From Octopus vulgaris (taxonomy: Eukaryota): a DNA stretch of 64,000 nucleotides. Below are positions 40,278 to 63,125 of the stretch, one piece after another. A program made the translations under genes and the position numbers. The DNA is taken from assembly GCA_951406725.2 (NCBI GenBank), contig OX597832.1, positions 682,001-746,000 of the forward strand, written 5' to 3'. Under the pieces are notes generated by a model. The model did no database searches. It saw nothing but the letters and a program-made list of their open reading frames with translations, and was not told the origin of the DNA. How positions within the stretch are numbered: position 1 is the stretch's first letter; every line of letters starts with the position of its first letter.

Positions 40278-40557
40278 TATGTATGTATACATATTCTTTT
40301 ACTTGATTCAATTATTTGACTGCGGATATGCTGGAGCACCACCTTTAGTCGAGCAAGTCGACGCCAGTACTTAATCTTTGTAAATCTAGTAATTATTCTA
40401 TCGGTCCCTAATGCCGAACGGCTAACTAACGGGGACGTATAGGCACCAGCATCTGTTGTCAAATGATGTTGGGTGATAAACACAGACACACGAACATATA
40501 CACACACACACATGCATACATACATACACACACAGACACACACATAATACACAAACA

Positions 40558-40657
40558 NNNNNNNNNNNNNNNNNNNNNNNNNNNNNNNNNNNNNNNNNNN
40601 NNNNNNNNNNNNNNNNNNNNNNNNNNNNNNNNNNNNNNNNNNNNNNNNNNNNNNNNN
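40558..40657. other. Assembly gap (100 N)
   Basis: Read directly. Confidence 1.
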
Positions 40658-50928
<10,271 letters not shown>

Positions 50929-51117
50929 CACACACATATATGTATATATATATACGACGGGTTTCTTTCAGTTTCCGTCTACCAAATCCACTCACAAGGT
51001 TTTAGTCGTCCCGAGGCTCTAGTAGAAGACACTTGCCCAAGGTGCTACGCAAAGGGACTGAACCCGGTGCCATGTGGTTGATAAGCAAGCTGCTTACCGT
51101 ACAGCCAGCCCTGCGTC

Positions 51118-51175
<58 letters not shown>

Positions 51176-51210
51176 GTGAGATTGAGTTAGATAGATTGAT
51201 AGAGAGAGAA

Positions 51211-51278
<68 letters not shown>

Positions 51279-51348
51279 CTATAGATATAGATATATATAT
51301 ACATACATATATATATGTATATATTCGTATATACGTATATATACATAT

Positions 51349-52334
51349 TGTTACGGGGGGACCTCCGTCGAACGAAAGCTGTTATGGAATCCCTCACACA
51401 GGCCCGATCGATCAGAAAAATGTTCGCCACGGAAACTCGGAGAGGAGAGAGAGACAACAACTACAACAACAGCCGCAAGAAGAGACACAGAGGCAATCGA
51501 GAGAGACACAAAGAAGGCAAGGCAATTGGCTCACATTTAACGTACTAGTTTATAACACTTTATAATTGTTACAACATCAATTACATATCAGATACATCAA
51601 AGAGGAAATACATGCAAGTAACAACACATCAAATGCAATAACAACAGCATTTAAAGAGTACACGTCGAATTAAACAACAAGTCAATACATCATACAATGT
51701 TCGTAGACAAATAAGTTCAGATCAGATAATGTTCAAATCAGATCAATACAGTTCAGAGTTCTTTTACATGTCGATACATCGATTCTTTTTACTGTCTCAT
51801 TTCTTTTACAGTTCTCTTTAGCCTTTTCTTTATAACCATCAACAACATAAACAATGTTCATTACACAGTTCTCTTTTACATAAATACCACAACTCTTTCC
51901 TTCTTTTTCTTCACATATCAATACAACAATTAACACATACCGTTCAGTTCCTACTATAATAGCCAATGCCTCATATTGTACTTCATCTCTCTTAAATCCA
52001 ACTGCTAAACTGCTTGCCTTGAATACCAAATCCTCACTGCTAAATCCAACTGCTCGCCTTGACTCCCAAATACCGACTGCCAAATCCTCACTTGCTCTGT
52101 CCTCCTGCCTTGTCACTACCCCAATCTCTCTCTGCTGGAACTCCCTCAGTTCCTTAATCTGTCTTCCTCAGCCCTCAACATTTCTCTCACTGTCTCTCAC
52201 AAACTGAACTCTAATTCACCTGACAGGGTCGGGGAGCTTCCCCAGAGCTAATTAATCAATCCGCATCTGGCAGAACAATGGATTCATTGCCAAAAGTAGG
52301 TCGCCGGCTCTGTCCTTAAGTTGAACTCACAACA
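51349..52334. mobile_element. Probable solo LTR (986 bp)
   Basis: ATAT|TGTT...AACA|ATAT: TG..CA termini with a 4-bp TSD inside (TA)n. Contains short internal repeats and no credible ORF. Confidence 0.65.
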
Positions 52335-53513
52335 ATATATATATATGTATATATACATATATATGTATATACACACATATATATACATATATATTGGTCC
52401 ACAGCTTCTTCCCCAACCCTACCTCCCAACCTGGCTCGTTCCCCTGCTCCCGCCCACGCAGCCGCACTTGTCCTTACCTCTCCAACACCACCCTCCTCAC
52501 CGGCACCCATCATCGACCCTATCGCATCATCGACTCCTTCACCTGCACCTCCAGCAATATCATCTATTGCATCTCCTGATCTCTCTGCCTTTCCCTGTAC
52601 ATCGGACAAACGGGACGCCGCTTGGCTGACCGGTTCGCGGAACACCTCTGAGGTATCTGCCTCGGCAATGACACCCCGGTCTCACGCCAGTTCCGCTCCA
52701 TCGGTCACTCCTTGCAACACCTGTCTGTGTTCGGATTGTCCTTGCACAGAGGCCATCCGGACTCCCGTTTGCGCCGTGAACAGGTATTAATTTTCTCTCT
52801 TCGCTCTTTTATGCCATTTGGGGTCAACTCTTCTCCCCTCTTAATCTAACCTTCAGCCCGACTCCTACATCTTTTCACCCCTACTCTCTTTCTCTCTGCT
52901 CCCTCACTCTCCTTCTCTCCTCTCCCCCCTCTCTCCTCCTTCTTCCCACCCAACTCTCCTCTCTTGCCCCGACTCCTACTTCTCTTCACTCCTACTTCTC
53001 TTCACTGCTACTTCTCTTCACCCCTACTCTCTTTCCCTCTTCTCTCTTACTCTCTCTCTCTTTCTCTCTTTCTCTCCCCTCTTTCCACCTTCCCTCTTAC
53101 TCTCTTTCTCTCTTCTCTCTTACTCTCTTTCTCTCTTCCCTCTTTTTCACTCCTTCTCTTTCACCCTCTCTTTCTCTCTTCTCTCCTCCTCTCTCTCCTC
53201 ACTTACCCACATTCGCCTCCCCCATAAGCCCACCCACCCCTACACATCCCTACTCCACTTTCCCTATCCTTCCCATCCTCCATCCTATACCACACACCCT
53301 CCCCCACATACCCCACCTCTACCCCCACCCTCTGCCTACCCACAAACCAAAACTCTACCCCAACCCTCAGCCGAACCCACACCCCACTCTCGCCTCCCCC
53401 ACCTCCCAACAAAATCAAACCACACCGCACTACACCATACAACATTACACATCACATCACAACACAACACTCACACACCCATCTCCACATTTTCACACAT
53501 ACACATGGATGGA

Positions 53514-53895
53514 TGGAAGCACTCCGTCGGTTACGACGACGAGGGTTCCGGTTGATCCGATCAACGGAACAGCCTGCTCGTGAAATTATCGTGTAAGTGG
53601 CTGAGCACTCCACAGACACGTGTACCCTTAACGTAGTTCTCGGGGATATTCAGCGTGACACAGAGAGTGACAAGGCCGGCCCTTTGAAATACAGGTACAA
53701 CAGAAACAGGAAGTAAGAGTGAGAGAAAGTTGTGGTGAAAGAGTACAGCAGGGATCACCACCATCCCCTGCCGGAGCCTCGTGGAGCTTTAGGTGTTTTC
53801 GCTCAATAAACACTCACAACGCCCGGTCTGGGAATCGAAACCGCGATCCTACGACCGCGAGTCCGCTGCCCTAACCACTGGGCCATTGCGCCTCC
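53514..53895 (-). mobile_element. SINE family C, full length
   Basis: Near-identical to 26461-26842, with a (TCCA)n tail. Confidence 0.92.
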
Positions 53896-54126
53896 ACACA
53901 TACGCATACATACACGCACACGCCCAGACCACCAGCCCTCGTTCACACGCACGTACATACTCTCTTATACACACACGCACCTTCGTGTTGGGGGTCATCT
54001 TCACTTTGTTATCTCCCCTACTTTCCTTCTCGTGTGTCACCCTTTTGTCCGAGTCAGACGCCATGATAGATCGTTAGCCACTACACATATTTTTCTCTCC
54101 TTGTTTCTCTCCTTGTTTTCTGTGTC

Positions 54127-54164
54127 CCCTTCTGTAGAAGAGCGTAGGCTCGAAACGTAAAATA
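54127..54164 (+). ncRNA. Minimal hammerhead-like motif with A6U core
   Basis: CUGUAGAA GAGC GUAG GCUC GAAA CG UA. Stem I is eroded. Confidence 0.55.
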
Positions 54165-54265
54165 CTTTTTCTATTCCTGAGCGTTCTACTAATGCATCTG
54201 TTTGTTTTGTACACCACCCGTCTTCGTCTTTTGTTTTTTTCCGTAAACTCTCCCTATATATATAT

Positions 54266-54362
<97 letters not shown>

Positions 54363-54404
54363 CATGTGTAATACATATATATACGTATATATGTATATAT
54401 ACAT

Positions 54405-55612
54405 ATAGGGAGAGAATTCACAAAGAAACAAAAGACGAAGACAGGTGATGTAGACAACAAACAGATGTATTAGTATAACGCTCGGGAAGTGAAAAAATGT
54501 TTAACGTTTCGAGCCTACGCTCTTCCACAGAAAGAAACAAGGAGAGAAAATAAAGAATATATAGAGGCTAGCGATCTATCATGGCGAATGCCGGACAGAA
54601 GGGGCACACAGGAGAGCTAGGGAGAAGGGGAGATAATAAAGTGGTGGTGATCTCAAAACTAAGGTTCGCGTGAGTGTGTATAAGAAAGGTTGCATGTTCG
54701 TGTGGAAGAGGGCTAGTGATCTTCACGTGTGCATGTGTGTATGGGGTAGGGTGGGATGGGAAGGGTAGGGAAGGTGGGGCTGGAATGTGTAGGGGTGGGT
54801 TAGGCTTACGAGGGAGGGGTGACGATGAAGGGAGGAAGGAAAAGTTTGGTAGAATGAATAGAAGAGAGAAGGATAGTAGGAGTAAAGAGAAGTAGGAGTC
54901 GGAGCAAGAGAGGAGAGGTGGGTGGGAGGAAGTAGGTGTGAGAGGAAGAGAGGCAAGGGAAGGAGGTTAGGTGAAGAGGAGAGTTGAGACTATGTGGAGC
55001 AAAGGAGCGAGGAGAGAAGATAAATCCCTGTTCACGGTGCAAATGGGTGTCCGGATGGCCCTGTGCAAGGACAATCTGAACACGGACAGGTGTTGCAAAG
55101 AGTGACCGGTAGAGCGGAAATGGCGTGAGACCGGGGTGTCATTGCCGATTCGGATGTCTTGGAGGTATTCCGCGAACCGGTCAGCCAAGCGGCGTCCCGT
55201 TTGCCCGATGTATAGAGAAGGGTAAAGAGAGCAGGAGATGCAGTAGATATTGGTAGAAGTGCAGGTGAAGGAGTCAGTGTCGATGATGGGTGCTGGTGAA
55301 GAGGGTGGTGTTGGAGAGGAAAGGGCAAGTGTGGCAGCGTGGGCGGGAGCAGAGGAACGAGCCGGATTGGGAGGTTGAGTTAGGGAAGAAGCTTTGGACC
55401 AAGGGGTCTCGTAGGTTGTGGACTCGTTTGATGGAGGGGAGGGGTCTGTTAAGGAAGATGTGCGAAGTGGAGGGGTCGGACTGGAGTCGCCGGAAAGCTC
55501 GGAGAATGGTGCGTTGGAGAAGTAGAGTGATGGGGTGGTAGTGAGGGGAAATGTGAGGCGGGAGACGGTGGACGGGTTCGGGGGGAAAAAGAGCAGATGC
55601 ACAGTCCACGGA
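54405..55612 (-). mobile_element. Second Neptune-like PLE 3' part, convergent with the first
   Basis: FPLTT/YHP, FRRLQSDPSTSHIF, LRDPLVQS, CSRPRCHTCP, YIGQTGRRLADRFAE. Terminal repeat homologous to 53900-54256. Confidence 0.9.
54498..54535 (-). ncRNA. Minimal hammerhead-like motif with A6U core
   Basis: UCUUU CUGUGGAA GAGC GUAG GCUC GAAA CG UU/AAACA. Confidence 0.6.
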
Positions 55613-55639
55613 ACCTATGCATGTATATATGTAATATAA

Positions 55640-55955
55640 TAGTTTCAGTATTAATAGTTTCACTTTGTATATATTATATACGTATTGAAAGTATTAAAAC
55701 TAAAAGTATTATCTCACATTACAATAGAGATGTTATTGTTTCATTTTTGAACGTAATACTGAAATAGTGTAAGATTGCTCCGGACCCGCATTAGGCAAGA
55801 AGTTGAAAATGTATTTGGCCCATGACACTGCATGGACCTTAAGTAAGGCATGTGTAAAATTTTAATGAAATCGGTTGGGTAGTTCTCGAGTTTTAGTGAT
55901 GCACACATACAGACACAGACAGACAGACAAACATTCTCAGTTTTATATATATAGA
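55640..55955 (-). mobile_element. Helitron 5' portion
   Basis: A|TCTATATATATAAAACTGAGAATG start, homologous to 12100-12315. Confidence 0.7.
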
Positions 55956-56119
55956 TATAATGCGCGGATATAATGCACAGACGAACGGAGAACAATCACA
56001 GAAGGTCATCAATTCCCCATCAGTTATCGGTCAAAGTAGAGCGCAATTTCATGCCATTATCGCTAACACTACATCCACCCTGGAGGCAACCGGCAAGAGA
56101 GAACTTGCTGGGAATGCGA

Positions 56120-56646
56120 TCAAAACATAACAAAACAAGACGGATAAACAAAAAGGAATTGAGGGGGGAAAACGAAATAAACAGAATATGGCCTTAGGGC
56201 CAGGCGAAGACAAAAACAAAAAATAATATACAACAATAAAAAATAATGATACATATACAACAAAAAGTCGCGGGCTAGCAGACAGAGAAGTGTGGAGTAA
56301 CGCAAAGGAGAATGAAAACTATCTTACAGGACTAAAACAAATACAAGAGAAAGGTAGAGCGAGGAGCTCAAAGAATGACCGAGCAGGTCGAAGGCAACAC
56401 GAACTCTACCTTTCTCTTGTGTTTGTTTTAGTCCTGTAAGATAGTTTTCATTCTGTTTGCTAGCACATGACTTTTTTGTTGCATATGTATTTCTTTTTTT
56501 TTGCCTAGCCATATTCTGTTTATTTCCGTTCGTCTGTGTAGTCAGTGCCTTTAATATTTGTTTTTCCGTTCGTTTGTTTATTACTATATGTTTTTGACTT
56601 CTGAAAATATTATTCACATAACGCAACGCCCTCTATATTTTGGGCT

Positions 56647-56650
<4 letters not shown>
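56120..56650. repeat. Imperfect fold-back element (best arms 56309-56359 and 56404-56454)
   Basis: Nested inverted segments read directly. The element ends at (TA)n. Confidence 0.7.
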
Positions 56651-56724
<74 letters not shown>

Positions 56725-56891
56725 TGTGTGTGTGTATAAAGAGAGGGAGAGAAATATTGATAGATAGATACATACATACATACATACATACATGCATACA
56801 TACATGCATGCATACATACATACATACATACATACATGTATGTATGTATGTATGTATGTATGTATGTATGTATGTATGTATGTATGTATGC

Positions 56892-56924
<33 letters not shown>

Positions 56925-57074
56925 TGTATGTATGTATGTATGTATGTATGTATGTATGTATGCATGTATGTATGTATGTATGTATGTATGTATGTATGTA
57001 TGTATGTATGTATGTATGTATGTATGTATGTATGCATGTATGTACGTATGTTTCTGGAGAAAAGTTAAGAAAAG

Positions 57075-58625
57075 GTGGAAAGTCCTCCAGAAACTTGGGT
57101 GTCCTGAAAAGTTCCTTGCTTTGGTTAGGTCTTTTCATGAAGACATGAATGGTAGGGTGAATGTTAGAGGGAAAATGTCGGAGCCCATTTCAATACAAAA
57201 TGGAGTGAAACGGGGATATTCTGGCACCGACCCTATTTTCCATATATTTTGCGATGGTGTTCTGTATTGCATTCAGAAACTGCAGATACGGTGTTTACAT
57301 CCATTATCGAACCTCTGGCAGCATATTTAATATCAGGCGCTTTGCTGCAAAAACAAAGGTATTTACCTCTATCATAAGCGACCTTTTGTATGCAGATGAT
57401 TGTGAGCTAGTAGCACACACAGAGATTGATATGCAGCACATTTTGAATGCATTCTCTGATGCTTGCACTGCCTTAGGACAGTCAATCTCAAGAAAACTGT
57501 TGCCATGCATCAACCTGCCCCTGGTAAGCAGTATAGTGTACCAAATATCTATGTGTGAGGTAAACGACTTGTTGTAGTTGATCAGTTTGTCTACCTGGGA
57601 AGCACTATTAATAGATATAGCAATTTGGATGATGAAATTCCACATAGAATTAGGAAAGCAAGTGTTGCTTTCGGAAGGTTAGAAAAGCGCCTCTGGAGTC
57701 GGCGAGACATATGCAGAAAGACAAAGATAAAGGTGTACAAGGCATATGTGCTCCCTTCTTTTCTCTATGCCTGCGAGACGTGGGTCATATATCGATACCA
57801 CCTTAAACAACAGGAACGTTTCCATCAGATGTGTCTCAGACGGATCTATGGCATTAAGTGGGAGGACCGCATCAGTGATCTTGAAATACTGGAAAGCTGT
57901 CGGTGTGAAAGTATAGAAGCTCTTTTGTTAATGCAAAGGCTCAGATGGAGTGGTCATCTGGTCAGGATGAAGGATTCAAGGATGCCAAAACAACTCTTTT
58001 ATGGAGAGTTAGCTAAAGGAGAACGACCTCCACATAAACCAAAAAGAGGTATAAGGACTTGCTGAAGGCTTCCTTAAGAGATGCTTGCATCTCTCCTGAC
58101 ACATGGGAAGGCATAGCTATTGATCGTAGCAGGTGGAGAAGGTCTGTGCACGAGGGGACAGCCACTTTTGAGAAATCTCGAGTTGCACATGAGAAAGTAA
58201 AGAGGGATGTCAGGAAGGGCATCGCTGTTACATTTCCAGAAAGGAAGGGTCTTCCTATGATGCTGACATGCAGTGTATGTGCAAGACCCTGTCTCAGTAA
58301 AGCTGGACTTAAGAGTCATCTTCGTAGTCATAAAGCGAGACAGATGAGTGACAACCTGGCCACTGGTGGTGGTGTAACACACCATACTAATGTGTCGGGC
58401 ATGTGGAAGAGTGTGTAATTCGGCAGGAGGACTTAAACGACATGCAAAGGTACATGAAGCCCAGTTACAACTACAGCCGGCTATTACCGGTAAAGGTTTT
58501 ACTTGCCAATTCTGTACAAGACATTGTAGATCTTTAGCTGGGCTAAAAAGTCACATTCGATCACAGCACCAGTAACAATTAAGCTTCGTGCAATGGCCAT
58601 ACTCGATAACGAGGCGGCAGCCATC
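57075..58625 (+). mobile_element. RTE-clade LINE 3' half with three C-terminal C2H2 fingers and an (ATGT)n tail
   Basis: LLYADDCEL, LYACETW, LRWSGHLVRM..PKQLFYGEL, then three C2H2 motifs. Confidence 0.93.
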
Positions 58626-58701
58626 ATGTATGTATGTATGTATGTATGTATGTATGTATGTATGTATGTATGTATGTATGTATGTATGTATGTATGTATG
58701 T

Positions 58702-61086
58702 AGAAAGTTAAATGAGGCCCTTAGAACAGGCATCGCAACTGACGTGTTGGCGGCGAGATTGGCCCTCGACCAATTTTTCGATGCAAAACACGAGGGCTGT
58801 GTTGTCAGAGCTAAGGCACCTTCATTAAGCGGGGAGGGGAAGAAAGCGTCACGATGGGCCCGCACGACGAAGGCTAAACGTGGCAACAAGGCGACCATTC
58901 GGTCTTTGGTGGACCAGAACGGACACGAGATGTTCGAATCGAAGCAGATGTATGCGGCCTTTCAGCCGCACTTTGCTGGGACGAGCGGCGGGACGGATAA
59001 CAGGGCAGACTTTAGTGTGTACCTAGACTAACGAGGCAGAGTGCTGCGAAAGACCGATGACAGCCTGGGAAATACAGGAAGCGATGAAAAGCTGCACGAG
59101 AGGCAGATCGCCGGGTTTGGATGGTCTACCCTACGAACTTTACTGCAGGGCTGAGCATGCCAAACTTGTTTGCGGGACTCTTGTCAGATGTCTATTGCAA
59201 TTGGCAACAAAACGGGAGAATTCCTGCTTTTTTTTGTTGAGAGGTAGTAGCACTGCTGAGAAAAGACCCCAAAAAGGAGGACGTTATAGAGAATTTCAGG
59301 CCCATCATTCTGCTCAATGCAGAGTTGAAGATTTTGGCCAAGGTGTTAGCCAACCTCTTGGTTGGCGCTTGTCGTGGACTTACTCCCAACCAGGAGTATT
59401 CATGATAGCCTCCATCCTCTGCGCTAAATCATAGAGAGGATGGGTAACGAAGCTGGCATAGGTGGGCTCTGATCAATTTAGATCAATCTAAAGCCTTTGA
59501 TATGGTCGACCATCAATACTTGGCAGCTGTCCTCAAGACAGCCGGTTTTGGTCCAGTTTTCTGCGGTTGGATCGCTGCTTTGTACAGCGGCATCTGCTCG
59601 GTTGTTCGGGTGAATGGTCACCTGTCGGAGCCATTCAGCATCATACGTTCGGTCAGTCAGGAGTGCCTTCTCTCCTCCCTTCGTACTGACTCTTCAGCCA
59701 TTACTGCGGAAGTTGAAGGCTTTGAGGGGTGTCTCGTGTGATCTAGGATGTGGAAGAAGTGTGCTTACGCTGATGATGTCACCACACATAGTGTCGAGCA
59801 ACAGACATACAGACCTGATTGGCGAAACACTACAGAAATATGAAGTGGTGACCGGAGCAAAAATTAACGCGGAAAAGTCAGTGGGCTTGCAACTCGGCAC
59901 CTGAAAAGGCAAGTCCACGCCGTCCAATAGCGTTGTGGGGCGCTGGACAGACGGTCCTGTTAAGTTACTCGGAGTCTGGTTTGGTCCGGATTTGCAGGTG
60001 GAGTAAAACTGAGACGAGATGATGAGCAGGGTGGCCAATCTCACCCAGAAATGGGCCGAGGGGTAGCTGTCCCTGAAAGGCCGAACGGAGGTGGCGAATG
60101 CGTACATCGCATCCGTCATCTATTACCGCTTGACTCTCGTCCCTTGCCCCGTTTGCTGCTCGACCAAGCTAGAGCACTTACACTTCCTCTTTCTGTTCAG
60201 GCACTGGTCAGGCGCTCCATTTGCTGTCAACAGCTGCTGAATGGAGGACTGAGCATGCCGTGGTTACTAATGCGCAGACATGCGCTGAGGTTGCGGCATC
60301 TCCAGCGTTTCCTTGATGGTGAACTGGTGTGGTCACCGTTTGTAAGAGACACTCTTCCACGGCTCATCTCTTTGACTGAGCAACAATCCTGGATGAGGCG
60401 TAGGCCTAGGAGGGGCGCTTGGTACCTCGAGTGCCGACAAGCGTTCACAATCCTCCGCCAGGCGGGCAATGCGGTCGATAGTAGTTCCCCTCTAACGTTT
60501 TATAGAGGGCTAGTGGAGGGAAAGTGCGATGAGATTCTCGGAGAAACTCTGGGTGTCGATGTGAGATCAACTAACCGGTCTGTTTCGGAGAACTTTCGGG
60601 CCTGGACCAATGGATAACTTCCAGAAATCCCTTGCCTGGCAGTTCTACCGAGGGGCGCTGCCTGCTCGGGATAAACTTCACAGGTACGGAAGTTCCGTCA
60701 GCCGGGCCTGTCCTAGGTGTGCGCCCAGAACGATAAAACCGTTCTGCATGCCCTTGTCCGGAGCCTGAGAGGGATGTGTTGCCTTGTAGTAAATTTGTTG
60801 AAAGCTGGGTGAATGTTGGAAGAATGGCCACTGTGAAAGCGTGCACCTGTAAAAGAAAAAGGGAGAAGGGCTCTTGCCCTGTTGTTCAGGCACCCGTGGC
60901 TTTTGTAGGGCTTTCCACGAGGACCTTAAAGTGCTTCCCCTATTAGGAGTTTAATTTGTTCCACTTTTTTGCTATTACATTGTAAACACGCGAAAATCCA
61001 TTGTATCGTTCTGTTTTTGTCTTTAATGCTGTTGCATGTCTTTTAATGTTTTGTATGTGATCCCTTGTGGCCAATAAAAGAATAAA
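58702..61086 (+). mobile_element. Tx1/L1-clade LINE ORF2 relic, 5'-truncated
   Basis: RSPGLDGLPYE, NFRPIILLNAELKILAKVLA, NLDQSKAFDMVDH, AYADD, GAKINAEKS, SLKGR, CPRC..TVLHAL. AATAAA at the 3' end. Confidence 0.88.
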
Positions 61087-61094
61087 TTATTATA

Positions 61095-61172
<78 letters not shown>

Positions 61173-61615
61173 GAGTGAGTGAGAGAGCAGTGCATGCCAT
61201 CAAAGTGATACTGAGGTAAAATAAACCCAGTACACCTATCATGATTACCCGTCCGATAAAGGGACACCAGGCACATGCATCACTACCAAATGTGCGTGAC
61301 ATGGTGATCTCATATCAAGATAAACAGCGCATGACCTTGCAGGTGGGGCCCAGTTAGAATTTTCTTCAGGTGGAATAGCCCACTCACGCAAAAAGTCCCT
61401 GAATAAGGATTGTTTAAGGATGTTCAACGAAACACCCATGTTTCCAAAGGTGAATGATCCAAATTCCAAAGAATTCCTCTCAACACATGGCTGTGATGCT
61501 GCCCCACTACCTCTGCTCGTGATCAGAGATGCATATATCGTCATCTACTGAATATTAAGGTCAAACAACTGACAAACAAATCTGTGGTATTGTGCTGTAG
61601 CCCATCTTTTATACC
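61173..61615 (-). mobile_element. Family D repeat, 5'-truncated, ending in (AAT)n
   Basis: Homologous to 13179-13640. Confidence 0.85.
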
Positions 61616-61868
61616 CCCGATATCAGCAGCGGGGACCGACAGCATATGCTGGTTTACCCACGCTGCATTATGCTGGTTTATTATTATTGTTGTTGTTGTG
61701 GTTGTGGTTGCTATATTTTAAAAGGATTGACATAACTCTTCACAAAGGTAAACAGTCAAGATGAAGAGCGCGATTGGATTGTAATCGATATTTTACTGGT
61801 TGAACGATATTTCAACAATAAGTCTGTCTTTGTCGAGTTCAAAATAAGAAGTGATTAAAAATTATAGA

Positions 61869-62309
61869 GTACGTTTAAATATTTGTTGTGCAAGATTTTT
61901 TATGTGAAGTCGTGTGTTGAAACAGATATTGTTATATTTCGGAATGGTCATATTGCCAGTTTAGCCAATAAAAACACACGCACTATATATTTGGTGTTAT
62001 TTTGCTTCAGTGATATTTATTTTTTACATTAATCTTAATCTTATTTCGGCCAGAGTTCTTTCGTCACACTCCTGTGACCGCATCAGTGGTCCTTTGTTTT
62101 CTTCTCACTTATTTGAGACACAAATAAGTGAGAAGAAAACAAAGGACCACTGATGCGGTCACAGGAGTGTGACGAAAGAACTCTGGCCGAAATAAGATTA
62201 AGATTAATGTAAAAAATAAATATCACTGAAGCAAAATAACACCAAATATATAGTGCGTGTGTTTTTATTGGCTAAACTGGCAATATGACCATTCCGAAAT
62301 ATAACAATA
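61869..62309. mobile_element. Young fold-back insertion (family F): 189-bp apparently perfect arms, 58-bp tail, 12-bp TSD
   Basis: Arms 61927-62115 and 62121-62309 with loop AGACA. TSD AAAAATTATAGA at 61857-61868 and 62310-62321. Confidence 0.92.
62144..62188 (+). ncRNA. Hammerhead-like motif with non-canonical CUGAUGCG core (mirror copy at 62048-62092, minus)
   Basis: GGACCA CUGAUGCG GUCACA GGAG UGUGAC GAAA GAAC UC/UGGCC. Confidence 0.55.
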
Positions 62310-62574
62310 AAAAATTATAGAAATTTAAATTTAATATATGAACGAAAGCAACCAGCGTCGACACGTTGATGGAATGACATCATCCGTCTTTAAGCTTTAA
62401 TTGTATAACAGACGAAAAGAAAGAGACAGAAAAAAGATAGAAAAAAGGACAGAAAGAAAGAGGAAAGAAAAAAAGAAAAGGAAAACAGAAGAAGAATATT
62501 TAATATTTGAATATTATTCTGAAAGACTTTGGTTGTTCTTAATTACCGATTGTTCTTTACTTGAAAACAGGCAA

Positions 62575-62775
62575 TAACAAGTCACCAAGGGTTTCAAGTA
62601 GTGCCTTCTAGAGACAATACTCTCCTTAGAATGCAAGCTGTACCCAACAATGCTAACTTTTGGATCACTTCGAGCCAGACAGCAGCTCCAATATTCTTAG
62701 TGTTTTTCAAAGCTCTTGAAAACTGCTCCTAATGCTCCAGTTACCACTGCTATCACCATTACTTTCCTCTTGCCA
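62575..62775 (-). mobile_element. R4/Dong-like LINE C-terminal fragment
   Basis: VIAVVTGALGAV...IQKLALLGTACILRRVL. Confidence 0.75.
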
Positions 62776-63061
62776 TGTTTCCAAAGGTGAATAATCTAAA
62801 CCTCAAAGAATTCTTTTCAACATATGGCTATGATGCTCCCCCACTACTTCTGCTCGTGATCAGAGATGCACATATCGCCAGCCACTGAGGGACATGCTCA
62901 ACTGGTTAAGGTCAAACAACTGACAAGCAAATCTGTGACATTGAGCAGAATATTTGCTGTAGCCCATCTTTTATACCAAGACAAAACAATGTACATGATG
63001 ACACTTCCAATCAGTTAAGATCAGAAGCCATGAGAGCTACAGTTTGGTACTGCATCAGGGC
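62776..63061 (-). mobile_element. Family D repeat, 5' half
   Basis: Homologous to 13436-13722 and starts right after (AAT)n. Confidence 0.85.

Positions 63062-63122
<61 letters not shown>

Positions 63123-63125
<3 letters not shown>

Larger units (their letters stand above)
52395..54256 (+). mobile_element. Neptune-like PLE 3' part: Cys linker, GIY-YIG, CT-rich UTR and terminal repeat, with a nested SINE C
   Basis: FPCSRPRSRTCP, FTCTSSNIIYCIS*SLC..LYIGQTGRRLADRFAEH, RREQVLIFSL..GVN. Confidence 0.9.
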
